32,550 nt of DNA from a virus (Duplodnaviria > Caudoviricetes), in IMG/VR virus record IMGVR_UViG_3300020045_003697, positions 1 to 32,550 of that record, one strand, 5' to 3'. Of the stretch, positions 17,642 to 27,180 are shown piece after piece. How positions within the stretch are numbered: the first letter of the stretch is position 1; each line of letters starts with the position of its first letter. Below the pieces are notes generated by a model, which saw only the letters and a list, made by a program, of their open reading frames with translations, was not told where the DNA came from and ran no database searches. Both the position numbers and the translations under genes were made by a program.

Positions 17642-20020
17642 TTATTTTTTAGATGTTTGTGGTTTATTTTTAGCAATAGATTCTGTTGCTTTATTATGAC
17701 GACTTTTTTCTTCTAAGTCACTCATTTTCAGCTTATAATCTTGCTCTAATTTATCTCGTTGTAATTTAATTTTTTCCATATCAGACGCATCTTCTTCGGT
17801 ATAATCGCCTTCTTTTCCAATTAATGCAACCTGTAATTTGGTTTCATTTTCACGCTGACTAATCAAATCCTGCAATTGCAATTCAAGTTGTTTCATCTTT
17901 TCATTAGATGCCATCTGTTGCTGCATAGCTTCGTTCTGAGCTTCGCCTTCTTTTTGCTTACTCTGATTCATTGAATTCTCATCCTGCTCTATTCTGCGCA
18001 TTACAGATGTAAGTGATGAGTCTGTAAATATCTTCATTACAGTAGAGAATGATAGCATTTGATTCTGAAGGCCAGCATGAGCAAGTTGCTCTAATTTCTG
18101 CTTAAGCTCCATATCGCCCATGTCATTATCAACCATGATGTCGTAATCCATTTCAGCGAATTCGTCACCATCAATATCAAGCATTGTCATCACCTTATCG
18201 TCGGTAATATATTGCATTTTCTTATTGCGTCCTTTAAGGGCAATTTTAGCCGTTTCTAGCAACGCTGTTAATGCACGCTTACGAACATTGTCGTGTATCA
18301 TAAAGAGCTCTTCAGTGCTATGAGAACTACTTGAAATGGCACGTTCTACTCCACCAACTGTTTCGCGATTATCAACCTGACCTTGGCGCTGTTTAGAAAC
18401 ACCAGATATTTCAAACATCTCATCTTTGAGATATTCAAGTAGGCTAATATATAATTGAATTGAATTTCCAACTTCTAAATCTAACGGTCTTCCAGATGTA
18501 TTAAAGTTACCAGCTATCTTTCCAGTAGCAGCTCCTTTAGTTCCTTCCTTGAAACTATCAACCACAGAGATGTTATCCTGTTCAATAAAATACAACCATT
18601 TTTGATAATCCCATCCAGCTGGCATTCTAGCTTTATCTAACTCTAGAATTTTGCCATAATTCTTCGCAATAGTTTTATTTAGCCTATCTTTAACTGCATC
18701 AAACAGATATTGATATGGTTTCATCCTATCTAAAAGAGATACAGCCTTTGCCTGATTTGTGTTATATATTTGACCAATAATACCAGCATGACATTGTGCT
18801 GGATTATTAAGGCGCATGTATTGTATTTTTTTAGGTCGCATATTAATATATACTTCCTTGCCAATCTTAGTTCCCTCCCAAATCTCATTCACCCATAAGT
18901 CTTCGGCTTCCTCTCCACTAAATTGATCCACCTTATATGTCTCATCCTTAAATGAATACATCTCTTCACCAGTTTGCGGATCATATGATTTAACAGATTT
19001 AATCTTACGCTTGGATTTCCAGTATATACGCAAGACTCTAACGTTACCCATATTATCTACATAAGATGAGTTTGGTAGTCCAGCAAAATTATTTCCCATC
19101 CAAACGAATGAGTCTACTGTATTGTTTTCTAGATTATCTTCTGTTATAAGGGGAGAATATAGGAAAGCACTCCTTTCATCCATATTACCCATCTCGTCAG
19201 TTTGCACAAGATTTTGGTTCGATATGGACTCAATGTATTCAACATCTTTATCTTTAAGGTCTTCATAGTAATTGTCAATGATTCTCGCTGGCGACCAATA
19301 ATCGTCAAGAATAATAATGTCGGCATCTTCTATTTTTGATGAATAACCGCTTCTTAGAGTATAGACCTTTCTTGGATTAAGACATTCCATCGTTGGCTCA
19401 CCGCTACATATATCGAACTGATATATTTCTTCAGCACCAATAAGGACATCCTTAAACCCCTGATTCATCTTAAAGTTAAAATCTAACTCCTTGATATAAT
19501 GTTTTAATAACCAATTGGCTCTCTTCTCACGAAGATCCTGCCAGTTATAATTAAAATATTGTTGTAATCTTTCTATTTCTTTTTCAGCCTCTTTCTCGTC
19601 AGGATATTCAGCAGTAATGATCTGAAGTATTCTTTCTTTAGCGTCCTTAACCTTATCAATTTCAATTGCAGATATAGCATCATCATTGCACACCTTAACA
19701 ATGTAATCGTGTTTTCTACGAGATTCCTCACCTATTAAGACGTTTAATGGATTATTAATAATTGGGAAATGCTGTATTTGACTTGGTATTAGACCAACCC
19801 TCTTATTCATAGGGTTAAGAGTCTTTTTCATATCTTCTTCATGCAATATGCCGTTAAACAAGTCATAATTGATCTTTTTGCCACGTAGAGATCTACGCAC
19901 GTTATTATTAAAAAGATAACTATTCTTGTCCGCCCAATCTAAATGAGACTTTCTCCAATCTAGATTTTTCTTTGAAGATGGTAATTTTTGTCTGGGAAAT
20001 CCAGATGATTGTGTTGACAT
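17642..20020 (-). CDS. Portal protein (crAss-like)
   Basis: FPRQKLPSSKK, IQHFPIINNPLNVLIGEESRR, SLLDRMKPYQYL and ISGVSKQRQGQVDNRETVGGVERA motifs; directly follows TerL. Confidence 0.93.
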   Translation of the reverse strand: MSTQSSGFPRQKLPSSKKNLDWRKSHLDWADKNSYLFNNNVRRSLRGKKINYDLFNGILHEEDMKKTLNPMNKRVGLIPSQIQHFPIINNPLNVLIGEESRRKHDYIVKVCNDDAISAIEIDKVKDAKERILQIITAEYPDEKEAEKEIERLQQYFNYNWQDLREKRANWLLKHYIKELDFNFKMNQGFKDVLIGAEEIYQFDICSGEPTMECLNPRKVYTLRSGYSSKIEDADIIILDDYWSPARIIDNYYEDLKDKDVEYIESISNQNLVQTDEMGNMDERSAFLYSPLITEDNLENNTVDSFVWMGNNFAGLPNSSYVDNMGNVRVLRIYWKSKRKIKSVKSYDPQTGEEMYSFKDETYKVDQFSGEEAEDLWVNEIWEGTKIGKEVYINMRPKKIQYMRLNNPAQCHAGIIGQIYNTNQAKAVSLLDRMKPYQYLFDAVKDRLNKTIAKNYGKILELDKARMPAGWDYQKWLYFIEQDNISVVDSFKEGTKGAATGKIAGNFNTSGRPLDLEVGNSIQLYISLLEYLKDEMFEISGVSKQRQGQVDNRETVGGVERAISSSSHSTEELFMIHDNVRKRALTALLETAKIALKGRNKKMQYITDDKVMTMLDIDGDEFAEMDYDIMVDNDMGDMELKQKLEQLAHAGLQNQMLSFSTVMKIFTDSSLTSVMRRIEQDENSMNQSKQKEGEAQNEAMQQQMASNEKMKQLELQLQDLISQRENETKLQVALIGKEGDYTEEDASDMEKIKLQRDKLEQDYKLKMSDLEEKSRHNKATESIAKNKPQTSKK

Positions 20021-20042
20021 ATTTATTACTTATATAAGTTTA

Positions 20043-20050
20043 CAAATTTA
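20043..20050 (-). promoter_or_regulatory. -7 promoter element (TAAATTTG) upstream of portal
   Basis: TAnnTTTG in the TerL-portal gap. Confidence 0.55.
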
Positions 20051-20074
20051 GTTAAATAAGATTGGCTCTTCTAT

Positions 20075-22366
20075 TTACCAATTTAAGTCTACGGTCTTCC
20101 CATAGCTATTCTGGCCCTGATAGGCATTCTGAAAATTCTTGTCGATATATTCGTCGTAATCGTCATCTGTGTTTTTATTGTCACGTTGCTGGATATATTT
20201 TAACCTATCTTCTCGATATATCATTAACATACCCATTGCAGAAATTCTATCTGCATTTATGTCTTGATTCCAGGCTATAAGCTCCTCTATATATGCAATA
20301 TTCCTAATACAGTGCATGTTAAGTTTCTCGCCTATTTGATTTCCTTCTGCATCTACATCCTGAACATATGCTGGAGACATTAGCCAATCTCTTTGCAATC
20401 GTCTTCCCCATGTATTCACTGGTAATGTGGCGTTAGTCCCTTTGGCCTTGTTGCCGTACCCAGTTCCCTTGACGTACTCCATATCACGCAATATCTGCGG
20501 AGTATCACAAAGAAGATGTAAGCATCGCTTTTGGTCAAAATAAGTGAAGATTCCTTTTTTGTTTGATTCGTAATTAGCAGTTGCATTATAAAACAAAAGC
20601 ATTCTTCTACAAGTTTCATAAAAGTCATTTGCGAATTTTGGACGTCCAGTATATTCTGCAACTATACGATCTGTATATAGATCAAATATTAAGATTGATG
20701 CCAGAGATGTGGTGCTAAGTGCCTGATCGTCATCTATTGGATCAATTCCGCCGCAATATCTCATTGGATCAATTTTACCATTAGTGTCAGTTTTGGGCAT
20801 TTCAAAGATCTCTATTGCACCCTCAGCCTTATCTGTACCTAAAGGAAATCTCCGTATTGGATATAAATCTTCATTAGGTTTCCATTCTATATTGTGCTGA
20901 TTAAGAACCAAGTCACCAACATAGTGAGTATCAAAATATCTAGTTCCTTGCATCCTAACAGAGTCACGATAATCTTTCAAGTCTGATACGGGGAAAATTG
21001 TGCCACTAATGCGCATTACTGCTTCAGATGGAGTTATCGGCTCCTCGGCTAATGCCTGTGTTATAGCAGACGGATCAGATGAATTATATTTTATTACAAA
21101 TCTATTTTTAATAATCTCAACCAATGCCTTTATTACATCTGGCTCTCCATTGATTGGATCATAACACTCAGCCCTATTTAAATATGCTCCCCAGAAAAAT
21201 CCACATAGCGAATCACCGCTTGAATTTTTATCAAATACATTTGGAATACCAAGTATATTGAATGCTAGTGGATTTCTGAATAGTTTTTCAGAGCCTTCAA
21301 AATTCGCACCAGTAGTTCCTCCGGTTCCGAGAGCACACATCCTACCGAACACATTATCACCATCTTCAACGGCCTTACGATTAACAGACCATGCTTTTTC
21401 CAAGTTAGGGAAGAGTCCATCTTCCTCGTAATGAATGAGTTTTCCTCTAATTCCACGGGCGCGATCAGGATTATCTTTTAAAGATATTCCATAAACAGAA
21501 GATTTTAGTCCATGTTTAATGCCATATTCGTCCTGATAACCTAATTGTATTTCCCTAGATCTTATTGAGTTTATCAACCTCATCTTTGGCATTGGAGTGC
21601 TTTCGGCTATCCAATCTAGGTTATCTAAAACCTTTCCAAAAACTCCTTTTTCCCCATCAAGAAATGTTTTGTCTGATGCTAAATGAAAATTAGGTAATCC
21701 TGGATATACATACATATTTCTAGGAGATAACGATGCCAATTTAAACGATGCGCCAATCCCTCTGGTCTTCAGCATTTTAACGTGAGCTCCGCTATCCTCT
21801 GCTTGTTCAAAATAATGAAAAAACAGATAATCTCCCAACCAAGCTTTTGGAAACTTTCTTACACGTTGAGCATTTGATTTTGTGGACTTGGATCTATTTT
21901 CTTTGACCTTCTCGTTAATAAATATAGGGCAGTAATTTAAGTAGAAATAATATCCACCGGGAATCCACTCTCCATCACTAGGTCTAACTAGACCATCTCT
22001 CCATCTACGCAACTCTTCCTTCCAAAAGGCTGTGTATTCTGATTTAGGGTTAGGATTAGGTCGCAAATGAGTATATCTCCCATGCTTCTCGTGATATAAA
22101 GCTCTTTCTCTAAAGAAGTCCATATCCTCAAGAATGTGAGGTTTAGTTATATCAACAACTATTTTACCTGACTCATCCTTTGGTCTATCTTTAGCAAATC
22201 CTCGAATCTCTTCAGGAGATATTAACCACGATATAAACCCGACTGAAGACACAAAATCCATGAGGTCTCCGAAAACTTCCTTGCTTAAAGAGTTCTTTAA
22301 CTCTTCATTAATTGGAGTCTGATATTTATTTACTTTTATATAGTCAGATGTTTTTTCTTCACTCAT
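20075..22366 (-). CDS. terL: Terminase large subunit
   Basis: YYFYLNY, Walker A LKTRGIGASFK, Walker B LIHYEEDG, GTGG, and nuclease motifs GGIDPIDDD and NADRISAMGM. Confidence 0.95.
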   Translation of the reverse strand: MSEEKTSDYIKVNKYQTPINEELKNSLSKEVFGDLMDFVSSVGFISWLISPEEIRGFAKDRPKDESGKIVVDITKPHILEDMDFFRERALYHEKHGRYTHLRPNPNPKSEYTAFWKEELRRWRDGLVRPSDGEWIPGGYYFYLNYCPIFINEKVKENRSKSTKSNAQRVRKFPKAWLGDYLFFHYFEQAEDSGAHVKMLKTRGIGASFKLASLSPRNMYVYPGLPNFHLASDKTFLDGEKGVFGKVLDNLDWIAESTPMPKMRLINSIRSREIQLGYQDEYGIKHGLKSSVYGISLKDNPDRARGIRGKLIHYEEDGLFPNLEKAWSVNRKAVEDGDNVFGRMCALGTGGTTGANFEGSEKLFRNPLAFNILGIPNVFDKNSSGDSLCGFFWGAYLNRAECYDPINGEPDVIKALVEIIKNRFVIKYNSSDPSAITQALAEEPITPSEAVMRISGTIFPVSDLKDYRDSVRMQGTRYFDTHYVGDLVLNQHNIEWKPNEDLYPIRRFPLGTDKAEGAIEIFEMPKTDTNGKIDPMRYCGGIDPIDDDQALSTTSLASILIFDLYTDRIVAEYTGRPKFANDFYETCRRMLLFYNATANYESNKKGIFTYFDQKRCLHLLCDTPQILRDMEYVKGTGYGNKAKGTNATLPVNTWGRRLQRDWLMSPAYVQDVDAEGNQIGEKLNMHCIRNIAYIEELIAWNQDINADRISAMGMLMIYREDRLKYIQQRDNKNTDDDYDEYIDKNFQNAYQGQNSYGKTVDLNW

Positions 22367-22929
22367 TAGTCAATTGTTAATCCCTCTTCATATACGGCAA
22401 ATGATTTGCTTCCAATCTTCTTACCTTCCTTATCTTCAATCTGACGGATAAGTTCTTTCTCAATGTCCCTAAGGGAAGCCATCACTTTAGGCACTTTTTC
22501 GAGCGCTCCGATGACTTTCTGTACAGCTGATATCCTATCATCACTTGCTTCTATTAATGCCTTAGCATCGCTTAAAATATCGTTTACAGCAGCCGCTGCT
22601 GTCATACTAGCTGTATATAGATGATGAACTGCTGTTTTAGATTTTTCTACATAGAAATTTATTGCATCCTGTATAATAGAATCAATTTTCCATTTAGTAG
22701 GAAGCCCTATATCTTTTTTAATTTCATCGCATCTATCTGACTCAGAAAATATAGATTGATATGTCGATGTAACATCAGCAAAAAAATATATAAAGGTTAT
22801 TTCTTTTAATGCTACATCTTTGTCTTTGGATTTATCTCTGTCTATTACCTTCTTGAAAGGTGTTAGCATTGAGCATTCCTCAGTTATAATAACATCATAT
22901 GATTCTTTTTTAAACTCTAATAGTCTCAT
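22366..22929 (-). CDS. Conserved crAss-like helical protein upstream of TerL (small-terminase candidate)
   Basis: PFKKVIDRDKSKDKDVALKEITFIYFFAD...IGLPTKWKID; 1 nt overlap with terL. Confidence 0.7.
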   Translation of the reverse strand: MRLLEFKKESYDVIITEECSMLTPFKKVIDRDKSKDKDVALKEITFIYFFADVTSTYQSIFSESDRCDEIKKDIGLPTKWKIDSIIQDAINFYVEKSKTAVHHLYTASMTAAAAVNDILSDAKALIEASDDRISAVQKVIGALEKVPKVMASLRDIEKELIRQIEDKEGKKIGSKSFAVYEEGLTID

Positions 22930-22952
22930 CCCTCTATCCCCTGTATATAATA

Positions 22953-23246
22953 TTAAATCTTATTATTTAAATCCTTGAAATTCTCAAATAAATCAAATAG
23001 ATCATCTATTGTCTCTAACTCTCCGTTAAACGAATACGTACTCATATTGAAATCCATCTCTCTTTGCAGAGTTGATTTTAATTCTATATAATCCGTGTCA
23101 ACCAACCTGTCTAATCTATATAAATTTATAGTATTTCTTGGCTTATCATATCTATTCTTTTCATATTTATATGCCAAGGTTACTTCAGTATCCCACTCTG
23201 GAACCCTACTAAATCCCAAACTTTCTATTTCATTACTGGTAATCAT
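22953..23246 (-). CDS. Hypothetical protein
   Basis: ATG at 23246 (MITSNEIESLGF), downstream of the promoter motif at 23271-23278. Confidence 0.7.
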   Translation of the reverse strand: MITSNEIESLGFSRVPEWDTEVTLAYKYEKNRYDKPRNTINLYRLDRLVDTDYIELKSTLQREMDFNMSTYSFNGELETIDDLFDLFENFKDLNNKI

Positions 23247-23270
23247 CTCATTATTCTTAAATTGTGTAGA

Positions 23271-23278
23271 CAAAGATA
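23271..23278 (-). promoter_or_regulatory. -7 promoter element (TATCTTTG) for the packaging operon
   Basis: TAnnTTTG directly after a terminator. Confidence 0.6.
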
Positions 23279-23291
23279 GGTATAATTATCT

Positions 23292-23327
23292 AAAACAACA
23301 AAGGCCCCAATTAAGGAGCCTTTGTTT
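23292..23327 (-). terminator. Intrinsic terminator
   Basis: Minus-strand stem ACAAAGGCTCC-ttaatt-GGGGCCTTTGT followed by TGTTTT. Confidence 0.75.
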
Positions 23328-23369
23328 AAACTCCGAAGAGTCGGTCTAAATATACTATATAAAGAGTGG

Positions 23370-23501
23370 TTATAATTGTTCTAGTAATTTCTTAATTTTA
23401 TCTGATGTAAGTTTAACTAAATCGAAATCTCCAACGTGTGATGCATTATTTATTAAACTTCCTAGTATTTGAATCTCTCTCAAAATTTCGTCTCTTTCCA
23501 T
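23370..23501 (-). CDS. Small hypothetical protein (43 aa; not in ORF track)
   Basis: MERDEILREIQILGSLINNASHVGDFDLVKLTSDKIKKLLEQL, with an AT-rich leader. Confidence 0.6.
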   Translation of the reverse strand: MERDEILREIQILGSLINNASHVGDFDLVKLTSDKIKKLLEQL

Positions 23502-23519
23502 AATTATTAATTTAAATTA

Positions 23520-23897
23520 TTATTCTAATCCGTTACGCCAAAACATTCTAATATGATTATCTGGAACTACCATAACATCAATGCCATCCACATTCTCAAT
23601 TGGCCATGCTATACCAACGGTTTTCTTATGCAATTCTTCATTAATTGTTGGATTATTCTGATCAACCCAATCCTTAACAAAGTATGGTCTTGGATCAATT
23701 TCAACTGAATATCCAGGTTTTAATGTTCGCACTCCATCTCCAACTTTTAATACATCTTGTTTCATCTCAATCTGAGATCCTTTGGTTCCACTTGGTATAA
23801 TTAATCCTCCAGCAGTTCTGTCTGGCTTCTTATCGCAAGTCAAAAACATGTAATTAAACATCGGAAATGCGCTGATCTTCTGTACTTTCTGTGTCAT
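23520..23897 (-). CDS. GroES-like co-chaperonin
   Basis: PMFNYMFL...RTAGGLIIP (mobile loop)...VLKVGDGVRTLKPGYSV. Confidence 0.75.
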   Translation of the reverse strand: MTQKVQKISAFPMFNYMFLTCDKKPDRTAGGLIIPSGTKGSQIEMKQDVLKVGDGVRTLKPGYSVEIDPRPYFVKDWVDQNNPTINEELHKKTVGIAWPIENVDGIDVMVVPDNHIRMFWRNGLE

Positions 23898-24138
23898 CTT
23901 TCTTTGAATTAAATTTATCTAGTTTATATTTATTTAAATGCAACTTAAATAGTATTGGCATATTAAAGTTGAGCTTCTGATCTTTAATCTCTTCGTATAA
24001 ATGTCCTCTTAACTCTAATGCCTGAATATTTTCTCTCATCATTTTATACGGCATATTTAACACCTTCTCTACCTCCTGAATATTGGTATTATATTTCAGT
24101 GCGATATCTGCAACTATTCCAGTTAAAACTTTATCCAT
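23854..24138 (-). CDS. IHF/HU-like DNA-binding protein
   Basis: IVADIALKYNTNIQEVEKVL...NFNMPILFKLHL pattern. Confidence 0.6.
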   Translation of the reverse strand: MDKVLTGIVADIALKYNTNIQEVEKVLNMPYKMMRENIQALELRGHLYEEIKDQKLNFNMPILFKLHLNKYKLDKFNSKKDDTESTEDQRISDV

Positions 24139-24326
24139 TATATTGCAACTCTAAATTCTGTTTCATATGCATCTGATTTTATCAATCCAAGATAATTTTT
24201 AATAAACTCATCTGTAAACTTGAGATCAACCCACTCATCTTCATAATTTGTAAAATATCCATAGCAAGTTTGACATTTAAATCCAGGAATAAATTCATCA
24301 AATTTGGGAGTTCTATATTTATCCAT
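24138..24326 (-). CDS. Hypothetical protein
   Basis: 62 aa ORF overlapping both neighbours at start/stop codons. Confidence 0.65.
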   Translation of the reverse strand: MDKYRTPKFDEFIPGFKCQTCYGYFTNYEDEWVDLKFTDEFIKNYLGLIKSDAYETEFRVAI

Positions 24327-24720
24327 CTATCTTAAATATTATTTCAACCTTAAAATACCTCTTACTAGGATCATCTAAGTTTGGTATGAATGCTTTATTA
24401 ATCCTATCTCCAGTCATAAAGAATTTCTTCTTACGCAAACTGCTTAGCATATTCTGAAATACAGCTGAATTCTTAACGTTTGCAGCCTCTTTAACGCCTT
24501 GTCTAACCTTAGTGGACTGTAAGTATTCGTCAAGTAATTCATCGTCTGTAATCTTCTCTTTTAGCTCAATACGCTTATCTAGGAACTTACCAGCCAATAC
24601 AATCTCGCCATCTGACAGACCGTGTAGCTCTCTGGTAAATCTCAGCCACTGCTCACACAGAGTTTCCTTTGTGCAAGAAATGACTGCTCTATTTGTGTTG
24701 ATCGGTTTCTGTTGTTGCAT
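24319..24720 (-). CDS. Conserved crAss-like protein, possible winged-helix DNA-binding
   Basis: WLRFTRELHGLSDGEI...FQNMLSSLRKKKFF...RINKAFIP. Confidence 0.65.
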   Translation of the reverse strand: MQQQKPINTNRAVISCTKETLCEQWLRFTRELHGLSDGEIVLAGKFLDKRIELKEKITDDELLDEYLQSTKVRQGVKEAANVKNSAVFQNMLSSLRKKKFFMTGDRINKAFIPNLDDPSKRYFKVEIIFKIDG

Positions 24721-24925
24721 TTAATTCACTTAATAAATCATTACAATAATTAGATTTTGATCCGTAGATCATTTTAATTGTATTATTAATTGCTTTTAGA
24801 AATTCTATTTTCGTTCCTCCGCTCTGATAAAACTCCCATTCATATAAAGGCATTCCACATGTATCAATATTGCCAGATGGTCTAGTATATGGTTTTGGAT
24901 TTTTAATCAATTTTTGCTTCTCCAT
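24689..24925 (-). CDS. Hypothetical protein
   Basis: 78 aa ORF in a run of overlapping genes. Confidence 0.55.
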   Translation of the reverse strand: MEKQKLIKNPKPYTRPSGNIDTCGMPLYEWEFYQSGGTKIEFLKAINNTIKMIYGSKSNYCNDLLSELNATTETDQHK

Positions 24926-25100
24926 AAAACCAAAATTTTTCTTGTCTATCTGAATATTCTCTAATTGTCTTTAAGTCACCTAGGCTATATTTAATCCAAC
25001 TATTTTTACATTTGTGATCAATTCCAGTGTCAGATATAATTAACTTACATTCGCATCTTGGACAGATCCAAATATCCCCAATATTGTATTTACTCGACAT
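24903..25100 (-). CDS. Small Cys-containing hypothetical protein
   Basis: CPRC...HKC motif. Confidence 0.55.
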   Translation of the reverse strand: MSSKYNIGDIWICPRCECKLIISDTGIDHKCKNSWIKYSLGDLKTIREYSDRQEKFWFYGEAKID

Positions 25101-25308
25101 TTACTCTCTTTATATTAAGTAATTTTTCACCATGAGCCATCATCCAGTATTCTTCCCATTCTGTAATTGAAGCCTTACTCACTTTCATTCCACCACAATC
25201 ATCGCAATAAACGCTGCCATCTTCATCCTCTTTAATATTTAAAGAACAGCACGTTGCCTTGCTACAAAACTCTACTGGTACTGAATTATATTCTTCTTTA
25301 GTTGCCAT
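25090..25308 (-). CDS. Zn-finger protein (crAss-like conserved type)
   Basis: EYNSVPVEFC...CCSLNI...YCDDCG...ITEWEE. Confidence 0.7.
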   Translation of the reverse strand: MATKEEYNSVPVEFCSKATCCSLNIKEDEDGSVYCDDCGGMKVSKASITEWEEYWMMAHGEKLLNIKRVNVE

Positions 25309-25579
25309 CTTTTATATTATAAATATTTTTAATAAAACTGTCAAACATCAACTCTCCATCTTTTATTAGACTTCCATTCATTAATTTATATTCATTGGGA
25401 ACGTAATCTATAAATTCATCAAAACTAGTATGTTTCCTAATTGATTGTTCCATTAAATACTTTGCAAAATCAATTGCCAATTCTCTCACATCATTATAAT
25501 CTAATGAATAATCAACGTTTGTCCTAACACTGTTAAATCTATTAACGGAATCATCTAAATCATTTAACTTATTATCCAT
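25298..25579 (-). CDS. Hypothetical protein
   Basis: 93 aa ORF containing LAIDFAKYL, a pattern seen in Bacteroidota phage small proteins. Confidence 0.65.
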   Translation of the reverse strand: MDNKLNDLDDSVNRFNSVRTNVDYSLDYNDVRELAIDFAKYLMEQSIRKHTSFDEFIDYVPNEYKLMNGSLIKDGELMFDSFIKNIYNIKDGN

Positions 25580-25580
25580 A

Positions 25581-25781
25581 TTAGTTTGTTGTTGTTTTTA
25601 AAATATCACGATCTTTAGTTATCTCAAAATCCCAGTGCCAACTCTCTGTTGTTGCATGACACAAGCTGTAGCATAAACTATTTGGCTTAACGCTAAATCC
25701 AGTTACAATTCTTTCCAATTGATCTGGATCTGTTTTGAGATAAACTGTATCTCCAAAGTCAAATTTAGTATTTACATTCAT
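25581..25781 (-). CDS. Small SH3-like hypothetical protein
   Basis: KFDFGDTVYLKTDPDQLERIVTG...WDFEI. Confidence 0.7.
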   Translation of the reverse strand: MNVNTKFDFGDTVYLKTDPDQLERIVTGFSVKPNSLCYSLCHATTESWHWDFEITKDRDILKTTTN

Positions 25782-25996
25782 TATTGTCTCTCCATCCTTA
25801 AGCGTTGATCATTAGTTCCCGCAATATTAATAGTCATTCCTTCCTCACGAACAACCTCTCTTTTATCTCCACATACTTTGCAATAAGCATTTCTGTCTAA
25901 AGCGGTTCCATTAACTATGGTAATCCTAGTACCATTAATATTTTCAATCTCATTATACTGTGAGCAAGTTTGGTTTGTGCATCTATACTTCGGCAT
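25781..25996 (-). CDS. Zn-ribbon protein
   Basis: MPKYRCTNQTC...YCKVCG. Confidence 0.7.
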   Translation of the reverse strand: MPKYRCTNQTCSQYNEIENINGTRITIVNGTALDRNAYCKVCGDKREVVREEGMTINIAGTNDQRLRMERQ

Positions 25997-26022
25997 ATAA
26001 TTAATAATTTAATTTTCTGATA

Positions 26023-26030
26023 CAAATGTA
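26023..26030 (-). promoter_or_regulatory. -7 promoter element (TACATTTG)
   Basis: TAnnTTTG upstream of 25996, following a terminator. Confidence 0.6.
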
Positions 26031-26072
26031 CGGACTATAATTTAATCTACCAACAATTTAGCCAATTATTTT

Positions 26073-26108
26073 AAAAGAAAAATCCCAAACAGTATATCTG
26101 CCTGGGAT
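26073..26108 (-). terminator. Intrinsic terminator
   Basis: ATCCCAGGCAG-atata-CTGTTTGGGAT followed by TTTTCTTTT. Confidence 0.75.
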
Positions 26109-26164
26109 CAAACTGCTATCGTAAGTTTCCGAATCACAGTCTACTATCTAGATAGGTGGGAGGT

Positions 26165-26347
26165 CTATTTAGTAACTTTCAATAAAATTTCTAGAGTTAA
26201 ACTCTCTCTGTTTGGTGTTAGTGTAAACTCTCTTTTGTAACCTTCATCTGAGGTTTTCTGCCATGTCTCTAGCATATTGCCCATCGAAATAACACCACTT
26301 GTAAAATCATTGTCATTCTCAAACTTAACCTTCGCATTAGTCTCCAT
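26165..26347 (-). CDS. Hypothetical protein
   Basis: Likely start METNAK at 26347; the track's upstream extension overlaps the tRNA. Confidence 0.6.
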   Translation of the reverse strand: METNAKVKFENDNDFTSGVISMGNMLETWQKTSDEGYKREFTLTPNRESLTLEILLKVTK

Positions 26348-26368
26348 ATATTCAATATTTAAAATTAG

Positions 26369-26442
26369 TGGAGAACATTGGAATCGAACCAATCTACTTC
26401 AGATCTTCAATCTGACGCTAGAACCAACTCAGCTACCTCTCC
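26369..26442 (-). tRNA. tRNA-Phe (GAA)
   Basis: GGAGAGG-TA-GCTG...TAGC-G-TCAGA TTGAAGA TCTGA...ATTGG TTCGATT CCAAT-GTTCTCC-A cloverleaf; CCA not encoded. Confidence 0.88.
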
Positions 26443-26521
26443 AAACTTAAGTACGGTTACGTTATTGTTGACGCAATAAGATGCTTTACCGTACATGCTA
26501 TGCCTAGTGAATTTTATAATA

Positions 26522-26529
26522 CAAAGGTA
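26522..26529 (-). promoter_or_regulatory. -7 promoter element (TACCTTTG) for the tRNA transcript
   Basis: TAnnTTTG about 80 nt upstream of the tRNA. Confidence 0.6.
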
Positions 26530-26568
26530 CAAACAATAATCTATATATAAAAGTAAAATCTTAATTAT

Positions 26569-26811
26569 TTAAACATTAATATCATTTTCCCAAATTGCCG
26601 AAATTTCATCATAAGCATCAGCTAACAATTTTAGCGCACGTTTCAAATCCTGGATGTTATATTCATCGCCTTTGTCAGAATCGTTACGGGCTATATATAA
26701 AGGTACTGCCTGTTCAAAATTTTGCCTAGCTTGATTTAAGGAGACAAACCCAGGTAGCATAAATGATTCGGGAGTATTCATGTTATTTACAATTAAAGTT
26801 GGCTTCCGCAT
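26569..26811 (-). CDS. Hypothetical protein
   Basis: 80 aa ORF directly after the putative ncRNA. Confidence 0.55.
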   Translation of the reverse strand: MRKPTLIVNNMNTPESFMLPGFVSLNQARQNFEQAVPLYIARNDSDKGDEYNIQDLKRALKLLADAYDEISAIWENDINV

Positions 26812-27178
26812 TATTGCTTGGCCTCGCGCGTCCTAACCCCTTTAAACCCCAAGGAGAAGACATAAAATCTCTACAAACCACATCCTCCTAAAATGTGATA
26901 TATAAAGATTCATACTAATTTTTATATTTCTGCGAGTGCGATCATTTCATTCCCCAGCTACCGTATCTATGACGGAATCGTCTCGTTGTTACCACTTCTG
27001 CCTACTCTATTGGCCACGAGCCCTCGACTTACGAAATACTACTCATGTAGCATTGCTTTTTTGTCAGTACCGGAGAAACCTCGTCGCTATGTTTATCTGT
27101 TATTTCAAGACTGCAACTACTATCCGATGTCTACTTGGCTACTAACCGCGTGATATACCATAGAGTGATACCTGACAG
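26812..27178 (-). ncRNA. Putative large structured ncRNA (unclassified; 3' end uncertain)
   Basis: GC-richer non-coding stretch starting right after a TAnnTTTG promoter. Long-range pairings: 27167-27177 with 27062-27071, and 27149-27166 with 27004-27018. Confidence 0.55.
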
Positions 27179-27180
27179 CG

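Noticed and set aside
19144-21456. Short alternative-frame minus ORFs within portal and terL
   Set aside because: Nested in conserved genes, about 60-80 aa, consistent with chance.
20075-22366. Intein or intron in terL
   Set aside because: The ORF is continuous, of ordinary length and has no intein or LAGLIDADG motifs.
26936-27145. 69 aa plus-strand ORF
   Set aside because: GTG start, atypical composition and antisense to the promoter-driven structured RNA.
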